Positions 54,594-63,761 of a stretch of DNA of 64,000 bases are shown here, piece by piece; within the stretch, counting starts at the first letter, position 1, and each line of letters starts with the position of its first letter. The notes under the pieces were generated by a model. It saw only the letters and a list, made by a program, of their open reading frames with translations, did no database searches and was not told where the DNA came from. The position numbers were made by a program, and so were the translations under genes. Where the stretch lies: positions 1 to 64,000 of the IMG/VR virus record IMGVR_UViG_3300023174_000046; one strand, 5' to 3'.

Positions 54594-55459
54594 AGTGCGT
54601 CAAGTTTTTTACAATGTACATGAAGATTCATAATAGGTATATGTGTATTATTATATACAATATAGGGCGTTTCTTCAACCTTAACATCAATTTTTTTATC
54701 CTGAATAGCAGCCCCTATGTAGTGATGTCTACCGGTCCAGCCTCTATCGTGTCCGTTATTCGTTCCACCAAGATATTGGCCATATGATGCACCATCAAAC
54801 AATACGTTTAACTTATCAAAATTATCACTACCAACACCTTCCGGTAAAATAGGTAAGTAATCCATAATGCCTTTTGTGTGTGTGTATACCAAGTCAATAA
54901 TTATCATTTCTGATAAATGGTCATATGGTGTAAACTGTTTAACAAAATTTTCACCTTTCATAATAAGTTGTTTTGTTTTTTCAATAAATTTTTTATAATG
55001 ATCTAAGCTGTTACAAAAAACAAATCCTGCAGAGCTACAATATGGTCCTACTCGAGTAAAGTATATTGAAGGGGGGAGCACTTCTAATACGCTTAAATCT
55101 GAATATATAAGGTTATCATATTCAAGATGTACAAACTTGTTTATATTATTTTCTTCACAATACAGATAAACAGCATAGAGTCGAATTAGTGTCAATAACC
55201 AAAACGGGTCGTTGCAGAAAGAAGGAAAATGCTGCTTACATAAGTAATAAAATTCATTTATTTTTTCATGACTAGATTCACTAATATTTTCGTTGGTTAA
55301 AACAATGGATTTTTGTTGTAAAAATCTTTCACTTTGTGCAAAACTATATTTTGCATATTCAGGTAAATCTGAAAATGTAAAGGTCGATAATTTAAGGTCG
55401 CTTGAAAATTTAAATTTATCTGGACTTAAATGTACGTAAATTGCTTTTAAATTTTCCAT
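54587..55459 (-). CDS. putative glycosyltransferase
   Basis: FW..T..R, HLEYDNLIY, FDGA.YGQYLGG, NLHVHCK. Confidence 0.6.
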   Translation of the reverse strand: MENLKAIYVHLSPDKFKFSSDLKLSTFTFSDLPEYAKYSFAQSERFLQQKSIVLTNENISESSHEKINEFYYLCKQHFPSFCNDPFWLLTLIRLYAVYLYCEENNINKFVHLEYDNLIYSDLSVLEVLPPSIYFTRVGPYCSSAGFVFCNSLDHYKKFIEKTKQLIMKGENFVKQFTPYDHLSEMIIIDLVYTHTKGIMDYLPILPEGVGSDNFDKLNVLFDGASYGQYLGGTNNGHDRGWTGRHHYIGAAIQDKKIDVKVEETPYIVYNNTHIPIMNLHVHCKKLDALC

Positions 55460-57090
55460 GAATGTATCGATAATATTGATTTATCAGTTTTAAGGGCTCT
55501 CTCAATAGTTGCAACAACATCGTTTTCAGACCAATTTTGTCCTTGATTTAAATCTCTGCCTTCATTCATTTGACTCAATGGTTCAAATGTATACAGGCCA
55601 GGATAATACTGATTAACAATATTAGCATAGGTTTCATATTCAGAGAAATGAAATACCTGATTCATGCTAGGCCCGATATCCTTTAGAAGTAGTTCAGGAG
55701 TACTGTAGCCGGTACTATCAAGAAACGATTGAATAATATTTTTATTAAAGAGACCTAAATCACCAATACCTGTATGATTTAAAGATTTTTTAAGATTAAA
55801 ATGTCTTCTATTAAAGAGAAAGTACGGAAAGTGATTTTGCTTCCACCCGTAATACCAGACTGGCTTGTTTTCCTTGAACAGGGGTAATTGTTTTAAAATA
55901 ATTGTATCACAATCTAAAGCAAAATAATATTGAGAATGACTCTTAAAGAAAAGTTTTAAAAATTGTTGATAAGTCCAATTAGGTCTAAATCCTATAAAGC
56001 TTTTATCCGTTAAATTTACAACATCTAAATCATTGATATATTCAATGCCTTGAATCTTACTATTAATCTTATGTGGTGAACACACAAAAACATTTTTTGG
56101 TGCTAAGTGTTTTAAGGCATATTCATAAACATACTTTAATTTTATCTCATCTTTTTCAATTAAAGGTATAAACAAATCATAGTCAGTATTTGTATCCACC
56201 GGTAATGGTGTAAATGGTTTACATTTTACAGGTGTATTAAAAATTCTAAAATGCTTCTTTTCAATCTCTTCTTCGTTTGGAAAAGGCTGGTACCACTTGC
56301 AGCCATTGATAACGGGTCTCTTCATGGGTACATTTTGTACGTAGGAAAACCAAAGATGGCCGACAAGTAAATTACGCTTGAATACATCTTCATTATAATA
56401 ATTTTCAATATGGCCTTGTGTTGAAGTGCTTCCGTGCTCAATATGAAAACAAACAGGTGGAAGTTTGTTAACAAATTTAGTATTTACAAGTATTGCTAGC
56501 ATTGTAGCCGAATATGTATCCCAATACATACGTCCGAGAACTAGATCTTCAAAGTGGTTTCTTATTTGTAACCAGATATCTTTTTTAATAAGAAAAGCAT
56601 CAAAGCCATGCACAGAATAAGATTCTAATTTTGGAATATCATCCAACGATTCAATGTCGTAAATGTGCATGCGACTGATGGCATATGCATCCGAGCCATC
56701 TATTTCTTTTAAGAATCTGTTCGAAAGAATAATATCATTATTTAAAAAAAGAAAATAATCACAATCAGTACTAGCTAATACATCAAATATTTCTTTAACA
56801 GAAGGTAGTTCCTTTTTATTGCTATCTATTTCTTCTTTTCTAATAATATATTCATTGGTTAAACCATCATGTTGAAAATAATCATGGATGAGTTCATTAG
56901 AACGAACAGTTAAATTGTTGAGTGTTGTGAAATGATCATACTTAATATTTTCATTTGTAAAACAAACATTATATAAATCAATATTAGTATTCTTATTTTT
57001 AATTTTAACTAAACTATCAATACAAAATTTCTCTCTTTTTTCTAGAGAGTCATAAGTTTTAAACCCGTTTATACCAATTGCAATTTTCAT
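55447..57090 (-). CDS. two-domain putative glycosyltransferase (GT-A-like plus DUF6492-like)
   Basis: FLNNDII, GFDAF, YWD; W.YQQFLKL, LDCDT, FSEYETY. Confidence 0.65.
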   Translation of the reverse strand: MKIAIGINGFKTYDSLEKREKFCIDSLVKIKNKNTNIDLYNVCFTNENIKYDHFTTLNNLTVRSNELIHDYFQHDGLTNEYIIRKEEIDSNKKELPSVKEIFDVLASTDCDYFLFLNNDIILSNRFLKEIDGSDAYAISRMHIYDIESLDDIPKLESYSVHGFDAFLIKKDIWLQIRNHFEDLVLGRMYWDTYSATMLAILVNTKFVNKLPPVCFHIEHGSTSTQGHIENYYNEDVFKRNLLVGHLWFSYVQNVPMKRPVINGCKWYQPFPNEEEIEKKHFRIFNTPVKCKPFTPLPVDTNTDYDLFIPLIEKDEIKLKYVYEYALKHLAPKNVFVCSPHKINSKIQGIEYINDLDVVNLTDKSFIGFRPNWTYQQFLKLFFKSHSQYYFALDCDTIILKQLPLFKENKPVWYYGWKQNHFPYFLFNRRHFNLKKSLNHTGIGDLGLFNKNIIQSFLDSTGYSTPELLLKDIGPSMNQVFHFSEYETYANIVNQYYPGLYTFEPLSQMNEGRDLNQGQNWSENDVVATIERALKTDKSILSIHSWKI

Positions 57091-57869
57091 GGCTTTATTT
57101 GTTTTAAGAAGCTAACAACTTCTTGCTTTGTTTTGTTTGGTATCTGTGTTACAGCAACATTATGTTTTTTTATAAAAAATTCCCACTCTTTATGTATTTT
57201 CTGGGTACGAGAACCATCAGGATTATCTGGTGCGTCAATGCGACTGCTCGTCTCGGGGTTATTCATGATATAATTATCCGAATTTGTTAAATCTGCAAAC
57301 CACCAGAACGGTGCAGCATAATCCCCGCGGATGGACTCCCTGTACGTGAGATCAACATCCCATGCAAATCTGTAGCTTGTATCATACAGACCGTTCTTAC
57401 TGTAACACGATGCATGATGATATGTAAATTCGTTGCACATATTTGGATAAAATGAAATGCTTGCGTCCTTATTATACTGTACAGTTAATTTGGGGGTTCG
57501 TTTTTCAGGAGTACCAGATTCCCAGGATGTGCTTACAAATGAAAAGTACTTTAACCCGCTTGCTTTGGACGCATCTATATATTTGTAAAATATATCTTTA
57601 TCCTTAATAACCATATCATCTTCAATAATAAAAATGTGATCGCATTTTTTTTCTAAAAGAAAATTAATACAATCATTTCTGCATACACTTGGATATCTGT
57701 TTTTACGGTGCTGGATCCAATCTGAATCATATTTCTTAGAATATTCTTTACCACCATTTACTGTTACGAATTCATCAATTACATCTCGTGGCAAAGAGCT
57801 GTACAATGCATCATAATAATGCTCTGTATTGTATGTGGTAATTCCTACGCCAATTTTTTCTGTACTCAT
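57087..57869 (-). CDS. GT2 glycosyltransferase
   Basis: GVGITTYN, IFIIEDD, GLYD; paralog of next gene. Confidence 0.8.
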   Translation of the reverse strand: MSTEKIGVGITTYNTEHYYDALYSSLPRDVIDEFVTVNGGKEYSKKYDSDWIQHRKNRYPSVCRNDCINFLLEKKCDHIFIIEDDMVIKDKDIFYKYIDASKASGLKYFSFVSTSWESGTPEKRTPKLTVQYNKDASISFYPNMCNEFTYHHASCYSKNGLYDTSYRFAWDVDLTYRESIRGDYAAPFWWFADLTNSDNYIMNNPETSSRIDAPDNPDGSRTQKIHKEWEFFIKKHNVAVTQIPNKTKQEVVSFLKQIKP

Positions 57870-58630
57870 AATGATTTAAAATATTCAATGACCTTTTCAA
57901 GGCCATCATAACTCTGGCTAGGGTTTGTAACATCAACGTTATGTTTTTGCTTAAATCTCTCTACACCTTTTCTAAAATTTTCCACCCAATTACCTTTTCT
58001 TATAGTAGATTTATCGTGATGGTAGTCTTGATCAACAATGTATTGATTGCTATTCTCTAGGTCAATAAACCATCGAAAGGGCGGGTGATATTTGTGGTTT
58101 ATAGCAATCATTGTATGATCGACATGTTCCATAGCATTAATATACTCTTCATCTAGTAATCCGATCTCTTCAAAAACTGATCTATGATAGTAACTACATG
58201 CACCGTATACATTGAAGTATAGTGCAACTCTCTGGCCTCTTATTTCAAAAATTTTACGAGGATTAGGTGTGTTATTTTGTTTGTTGTCTTGACCGTGTAA
58301 ACAGTAGTTGAAATGCTTCACTTTAGTTTTTTTGCTAGCTTCTATGTATGCTTCAAATGCATTCTGAAGAAAAATAACATCATCTTCAACAAGGAAGATA
58401 TGTTCACAGCCTCTCTCTAAGAGAAATTTTATTGCTTTATTCTTTGACTTGCCAACACCTTGATTTACTTCATTATTAATAATATTCATCCCAGACTGTT
58501 CAATTCTCTGAATCCCGTCATTTATAATAACCAATTCATCATACCAGTCCTTATTGAGACTTTTAATACATTTCTTAAGAAAAGCAGGCCGATCACAGGT
58601 TACAATGCCTACACCTATTTTCTCTTTCAT
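57866..58630 (-). CDS. GT2 glycosyltransferase
   Basis: VTCDRP, INDG, N.GV...KN, LVEDD, IGLLDE, EHVD. Confidence 0.85.
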   Translation of the reverse strand: MKEKIGVGIVTCDRPAFLKKCIKSLNKDWYDELVIINDGIQRIEQSGMNIINNEVNQGVGKSKNKAIKFLLERGCEHIFLVEDDVIFLQNAFEAYIEASKKTKVKHFNYCLHGQDNKQNNTPNPRKIFEIRGQRVALYFNVYGACSYYHRSVFEEIGLLDEEYINAMEHVDHTMIAINHKYHPPFRWFIDLENSNQYIVDQDYHHDKSTIRKGNWVENFRKGVERFKQKHNVDVTNPSQSYDGLEKVIEYFKSL

Positions 58631-58637
58631 CTTTGAT

Positions 58638-58665
58638 ATTATATATTAAATAATTGAAATGTCAA
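58638..58665 (-). promoter_or_regulatory. consensus sigma70 promoter with a divergent late promoter nested in its spacer
   Basis: minus strand TTGACA-N16-TATAAT-N7-ATG(58630); plus strand TAAATA 58647-58652, 6 nt before ATG 58659. Confidence 0.75.
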
Positions 58666-59384
58666 ACGATAGTAATTATATCAATATATCGGATCTACCG
58701 GTAATACCAGAAATCGCGCCTGGTGATTATTTTGTTGTAAAGACGCCGCAAGGTCAAGCACTTATAGATTTTGTCGATCTTCCGTTTACAGCTGTATCGG
58801 GCAATAATGTTACTATTTTTGGATCACTTTCTTCTGATTCCTTAACAGTTTCAACTGCAGTTTCAGCAGGATCAGCATATATTACACAATTGTATGTTAA
58901 TGGTGCATCAGGTATAACCATAACTGGCAATTATAACACATTTGACATACGCTCCGGTGTCATAGTTGATATTGGCAATACAACATCTGATTATATTGTT
59001 TCGTTGAGTGCAGAAACAGACACAAAATTAAATGCAGTTTCTGCTGCAGTGCCTCTAATATTTACAGATAGTGGAATTATATATGTTGCTGCTTCAAATT
59101 CTGCGCCTTCCTATTCTGAGGTTGTTATTGGAAATAATAATGTACCGCAAAATTTGTTTATACAGCCCAGTGATATTAACGTGCAATATCTTTTTAATAC
59201 AGAATTAAATAGCTTCCTCACAACAAATTATCTTTCCTCAATACCCATGATATTTGTTGAAGAAAATGTCAGTAATAGTTATGTAAATAGCAACAGCAAG
59301 GTGCAATTTAGAGCTGTCTTTAGACCACCGCTCAAGGCTGGTGCAAGAATAGCCTGGAATATAACAAAAGTATATTATAGTTAA
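58659..59384 (+). CDS. putative structural protein
   Basis: INISDLP N-terminus typical of fibre/baseplate proteins; late promoter. Confidence 0.6.
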   Translation: MSNDSNYINISDLPVIPEIAPGDYFVVKTPQGQALIDFVDLPFTAVSGNNVTIFGSLSSDSLTVSTAVSAGSAYITQLYVNGASGITITGNYNTFDIRSGVIVDIGNTTSDYIVSLSAETDTKLNAVSAAVPLIFTDSGIIYVAASNSAPSYSEVVIGNNNVPQNLFIQPSDINVQYLFNTELNSFLTTNYLSSIPMIFVEENVSNSYVNSNSKVQFRAVFRPPLKAGARIAWNITKVYYS

Positions 59385-60127
59385 TGGACACTGTAGTTAC
59401 ATCATTACTGTCGTCAGATTTATTTCTTGTTGAAACACCAAACTATACCGGTGCAATAAGTGCACAGGACATCAACTACATTTCAACTCAATTTCCAAAA
59501 ATTTATTCTGTTATTGGTTCATATTCTATCAATGCAAAAAACGTTACAAGCGAAACACTGACTGTTAGCAGCATAACACCTTTTACAGCAAAAACTGCTA
59601 CGCTAACAGGTAATTTTAATACTTTTATTTTGAGCTCCGGCTTGATTCTTTCTGCATATAATACAGTTAGCTCCGAGATAACAGCTTTTAGCGCTACCTT
59701 TACAACAAACTTAAGTATACTCTCTGCATCCGTGTTTAATGTATTTTTTGAATCTGGCACAGCGAGACTCTCACAATATATACATATCAAAAATACCAAT
59801 GGAGCTACTGAATTAATTCTCACGGGCAGTAAAATTGCACCAACAGGACTTACAATAGGTGCACAAAATATACAATTAAAAGTTATGTTTGATGGGTTTA
59901 CAGATATTGAGTCTAATGTTACATATCTCACATACAATACGAGCTTTCCGTTTATAAATCTAAAGGATTTTGATTACTCTCTTACCAATGCTTTCGACGG
60001 TCGACCTGATGATGATGGTAATGATTATGTAGACCCAACAACACGGAAAGTAGTTATACCGGTGGCAATCTCAAATATGCCTGGTAACGATATTTTGCTT
60101 ACCTGGAAAGTACAGAAATTCTATTAA
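59384..60127 (+). CDS. putative structural protein, paralog of upstream gene
   Basis: shared D.F.V.TP, TGN.NTF...SG, F.(D/E)SG, W...K.Y. Confidence 0.6.
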   Translation: MDTVVTSLLSSDLFLVETPNYTGAISAQDINYISTQFPKIYSVIGSYSINAKNVTSETLTVSSITPFTAKTATLTGNFNTFILSSGLILSAYNTVSSEITAFSATFTTNLSILSASVFNVFFESGTARLSQYIHIKNTNGATELILTGSKIAPTGLTIGAQNIQLKVMFDGFTDIESNVTYLTYNTSFPFINLKDFDYSLTNAFDGRPDDDGNDYVDPTTRKVVIPVAISNMPGNDILLTWKVQKFY

Positions 60128-60342
60128 TTATTTTTTGAGTGGAAGTGTAAAGCTTTAGAAATTTTATCTAAAATAATTTTTGGACTATGACCTTCCCCGA
60201 GAAGTCTGTTGAATTCAAGCTTAAAAGCTTTTATGAATTCATTTGATAGCTGCAGGTTGCGCGGATAAAAAAGGCGCCTCTTAAATGTAATGGAGCCGTA
60301 GCCTTCAAGTAATGACTTGAACTTTTTATTAAAATTACTCAC
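60124..60342 (-). CDS. small putative internal head protein
   Basis: MSNFNKKFKSLLE N-terminus; TAAATA upstream. Confidence 0.55.
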   Translation of the reverse strand: MSNFNKKFKSLLEGYGSITFKRRLFYPRNLQLSNEFIKAFKLEFNRLLGEGHSPKIILDKISKALHFHSKNN

Positions 60343-60350
60343 ATATATAT

Positions 60351-61097
60351 TTATCTATCTGGTAAGATTAGATTATTATATAATGACTTTTCAAATTTCT
60401 CTTTTTCAGCGATCTGCTCTTGTGTTTTAAGTAGATCTTCTACTTGTGTAGACGTCTGCAAATCACTTATTACACTTTGTTCTTCACCAATAAGATCACC
60501 ATCCACATTCAAATAATATCTTACTAACTGAATTCTTTCTTCTGGTTTGCCAAATATTTCCACAATACCAGGGGAATCATCTTTTGGAAAAAAAGTAGAA
60601 ACACCTGTTTTTTGAATTTGATGCACAATTGTTTTGAAGATATTATCAATTTCTTTGATATAAGACTCATCTACTTCACGCTTATCATCACTAACAACAG
60701 GTACCGGAGCAACACGTGTAATGGGTGTGAAGAAAATAATATCTAAATAACGCATCGACTCACGGACGAGTGGTAAACATTTTTCAATGAATTTGTCATC
60801 AAATTTATCAGGAGTTTTAGTATTGCCCCAAAGAGAATAAACAATATTATCAAGCGGGCAACGGTCAAATATGACTTTATTGCCTTTATCACAATTTTTT
60901 TGCATATCTTCAATCATGCAATTGAGAATCTTCCATTGCAAATCCTTGGTAGTCTCCTTGCTATGACGAGCCTTCTCTTCTTTTATTGCTTTTCTGTAGC
61001 TTGATTCAACCAATCTATATGTTGGCCATTCCTTAAGAAAGTCATTTGTAAATGTTGTCTTACCTTGACATGCAGATCCAGAAACAGCAATTCTCAT
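60351..61097 (-). CDS. P-loop nucleotide kinase-like (AAA_28) protein
   Basis: GSACQGKTT, DRCPLD..VY; downstream of queE. Confidence 0.8.
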   Translation of the reverse strand: MRIAVSGSACQGKTTFTNDFLKEWPTYRLVESSYRKAIKEEKARHSKETTKDLQWKILNCMIEDMQKNCDKGNKVIFDRCPLDNIVYSLWGNTKTPDKFDDKFIEKCLPLVRESMRYLDIIFFTPITRVAPVPVVSDDKREVDESYIKEIDNIFKTIVHQIQKTGVSTFFPKDDSPGIVEIFGKPEERIQLVRYYLNVDGDLIGEEQSVISDLQTSTQVEDLLKTQEQIAEKEKFEKSLYNNLILPDR

Positions 61098-61098
61098 A

Positions 61099-61848
61099 TT
61101 ATACTTTAAGAGCTTTATCCCAGATTACAAGCTGCAAGCGTGGGCTAAAATTAAACATATGTTTCTTGCACAACTCTGCAACCATTGGTGCTTTTTCAGC
61201 TAATTCAGCTCTACTGCCGCAGCAAGGCATCAACCATACACGGTTTTTCGGTACATTAATATCCGGATTGTGTATATATTTCTCGAGAATTTCATCCACA
61301 TCAGCTTCATTACTAACAACAAATTTAAACCCTGAACCATTCTCCGCATGCCACTTTAAAACAGCTGGCTTGTATCTCTTTTCAACAGGATCCCCGTTAT
61401 TAGCCAATTTTGGTGATGTAGTGAATGTTGCTTTAAATTCGTTACCCCACGCTTCATCAGGAAGAATTGTTGCGTTAGTTTCAAAATCAATAACAGGTAC
61501 ATAACCAAAGCGCTCTGCATATGCACGCACAAGCTTAAGCAATTGTTTTTGCTGTATGAGTGGTTCACCACCAGTAATCTTCCATATTGCACCATCATGC
61601 AGCTTACAATTGTAAGCATTCTGAGCCATAAATTCAAAAATTTCGTCAAATGTCATTCTGTTCTTTACAGACCAACTGACAAAACTATCACAACCATGAG
61701 GTGCATCTGCTGATTTGAATCCTTGACATGTTAAGTTACACATTGAAAGACGCATAAAAACAGAAGGTATACCTGCATATTCACCTTCTCCTTCTACAGT
61801 ATAAAAGATTTTATCATCACTTAAAAAGATTGTATTTTCGTTATCCAT
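61099..61848 (-). CDS. queE: 7-carboxy-7-deazaguanine synthase
   Basis: FYTVEGEG...G.PSVF.R...CNL.C...CDS, ITGGEP, ETN.T, SPKL, KFVV, RLQ...W. Confidence 0.92.
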   Translation of the reverse strand: MDNENTIFLSDDKIFYTVEGEGEYAGIPSVFMRLSMCNLTCQGFKSADAPHGCDSFVSWSVKNRMTFDEIFEFMAQNAYNCKLHDGAIWKITGGEPLIQQKQLLKLVRAYAERFGYVPVIDFETNATILPDEAWGNEFKATFTTSPKLANNGDPVEKRYKPAVLKWHAENGSGFKFVVSNEADVDEILEKYIHNPDINVPKNRVWLMPCCGSRAELAEKAPMVAELCKKHMFNFSPRLQLVIWDKALKV

Positions 61849-61898
61849 TTCAATATTATATCATACTTCTTGCAGAAATAAAGCATAAATAATTATAG

Positions 61899-62642
61899 AT
61901 GTCGAAAAAAGACAGACAGCTTAAAAAAGCTGCAAAACAGGCAAAAGACGAAAACGGAATCATTAAAAACGATATCTTTCTTAATTTTAAGATTGATCAG
62001 AAGTTTCATTTTAATGAACATCATAAGAGTTTTGTAGATAAAGGCCTAGCGGACGAATCACACATACTATTTTGCGACGGTCCTGCAGGATCTGCAAAAA
62101 CATACTGTGCAGTGTATGTGGCACTAACGCTTTTAAAAGAAAAGAAGATAGATGAAATTGTTTATATCCGTAGCATAGTAGAGTCTGCTACCAGAAAATT
62201 GGGTAGTTTGCCAGGTGAAGCTGATGAAAAATTTAAACCATGGAGCATACCGTTAGTAGAGAAATGTGATGAGCTTGTTGGCAAACAAATAACAAATATG
62301 CTGTTTGACAGTGATTATCTTAAATGTACACCAGTAAATTTTCTAAGAGGATCAACATTCTCAAACAGTGTGGTAATAGTTGATGAAGCTCAAAATCTCG
62401 AACATAGTGAGCTTGTGACAATATTAACAAGATATGGTAAAAACTGTAAATTGTTTGTAATTGGAGATTCTTTACAATCTGATATTCAGAAATCAGGTTT
62501 TGAGAAGATAATGAAAGCTTTTGATACCAATGAAAGTGGTAATAATGGTATTCATGCCTTTCATCTAACAGAAGAAGATATCACACGCAGTAAATTGCTC
62601 AAGTTTATTGTTAAAGTAATTGCAAATATCAAGTCAAAATAA
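61899..62642 (+). CDS. phoH: PhoH-family protein
   Basis: GPAGSAKT, LG.LPG...EK, FLRG.TF, DEAQN, GD..QSD. Confidence 0.92.
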   Translation: MSKKDRQLKKAAKQAKDENGIIKNDIFLNFKIDQKFHFNEHHKSFVDKGLADESHILFCDGPAGSAKTYCAVYVALTLLKEKKIDEIVYIRSIVESATRKLGSLPGEADEKFKPWSIPLVEKCDELVGKQITNMLFDSDYLKCTPVNFLRGSTFSNSVVIVDEAQNLEHSELVTILTRYGKNCKLFVIGDSLQSDIQKSGFEKIMKAFDTNESGNNGIHAFHLTEEDITRSKLLKFIVKVIANIKSK

Positions 62643-62840
62643 TTATTCGAGCTGTTTTAGCTCTTCAAGTGCCTTGCGAATATTTTCTCGCGCCTCTGTA
62701 CTGTAGCCAGTTTGTTGATTATTGATATTTAATATTGGTGTTGTAAGAGGTTTTTTTCCACCATCAACAATTTCACTCATTTTGCCAAAAACATCCGATT
62801 TTAATTTTTGTAGAACTGGATCTTTCTCTTTATGTACCAT
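62643..62840 (-). CDS. hypothetical protein
   Basis: 65-aa ORF abutting queD. Confidence 0.55.
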   Translation of the reverse strand: MVHKEKDPVLQKLKSDVFGKMSEIVDGGKKPLTTPILNINNQQTGYSTEARENIRKALEELKQLE

Positions 62841-63482
62841 TTAAACACTCCAAGATGTACCTGCAAAAGGATTGCTCATGCCTTTGGTAACTTTGGTACC
62901 AAGAGGTGCACCCATCTCAACGTTAATGCCTGCATTAACTACATTTACCTGCTCAAGTGATGGTTGTAATGTTGTTGCAATTGTATTGTTTGTAACCACA
63001 TGCTTATCAGAAGCATATGGGTTATGATCCGGTACATGTTGATAGCCTGAACTAACAATTGCAGAATTTTTATCATGCTCCCATACTTCAACCCTACTAA
63101 CCCAACATCTATTATTAGTTATGCCTCTTACATGCGCATCAGCTACATCATAACACCAGTCTGCTGTTCTCTCAATACCAACACCTTTGTCCATAACTCT
63201 TAGATCTGCAGCACCTAAGGTGTGTAAATTTTTAAAATGATCTAGCAAAGGATCATCAGCTGAAATGCATAATGTATGATCAAATTGATTTTCTAAGACT
63301 TGCTTAAGTTCCTTTAAACCACCAAAATCTACAACCCAGTTCTTTTCATCTAGATAATTACATTCAAACCAAAATTTTGCTATCAACCTGTATCCATGGA
63401 TATATTTGCAATGGCTGTCTGCTTTCCACTGTCTAAATGCACAACTTCCTAATTCAATTATCTTTGTACTTTCGTATTTCAT
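62841..63482 (-). CDS. queD: 6-carboxy-5,6,7,8-tetrahydropterin synthase
   Basis: SHC..IHGY, VVDFG.LK, FDH, G.E, V.V.E...NSA; TTGATT-N16-TATAAT-N6-ATG. Confidence 0.9.
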   Translation of the reverse strand: MKYESTKIIELGSCAFRQWKADSHCKYIHGYRLIAKFWFECNYLDEKNWVVDFGGLKELKQVLENQFDHTLCISADDPLLDHFKNLHTLGAADLRVMDKGVGIERTADWCYDVADAHVRGITNNRCWVSRVEVWEHDKNSAIVSSGYQHVPDHNPYASDKHVVTNNTIATTLQPSLEQVNVVNAGINVEMGAPLGTKVTKGMSNPFAGTSWSV

Positions 63483-63574
63483 GCTCTTATTATAACTACA
63501 CTTTTATATGAATCAACTCTCAACATACCAACTCTTTATATTACTGTATTATTATAACCGAATTCCAAAAAAAA

Positions 63575-63757
63575 TCAACTGTGTTTTTTAATAATTCTTA
63601 CGACTGCAGCTTCGAACGACTCTTTGACATTAATGTGAAGTGCTGTAACCTGTCTTTTAGCTTTCTCTTTGGACATCGGTTTTTTTGAAAATGTACGATT
63701 AGTCTTTTTATTGACGACCTTAAACCCACTACCACTTTTGCGTATTGAATAAGGCAT
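63575..63757 (-). CDS. small basic phage protein
   Basis: MPYSIRK.G.G.KV..K.T...FSK...KEKA..Q..AL. Confidence 0.6.
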   Translation of the reverse strand: MPYSIRKSGSGFKVVNKKTNRTFSKKPMSKEKAKRQVTALHINVKESFEAAVVRIIKKHS

Positions 63758-63761
63758 ATCT

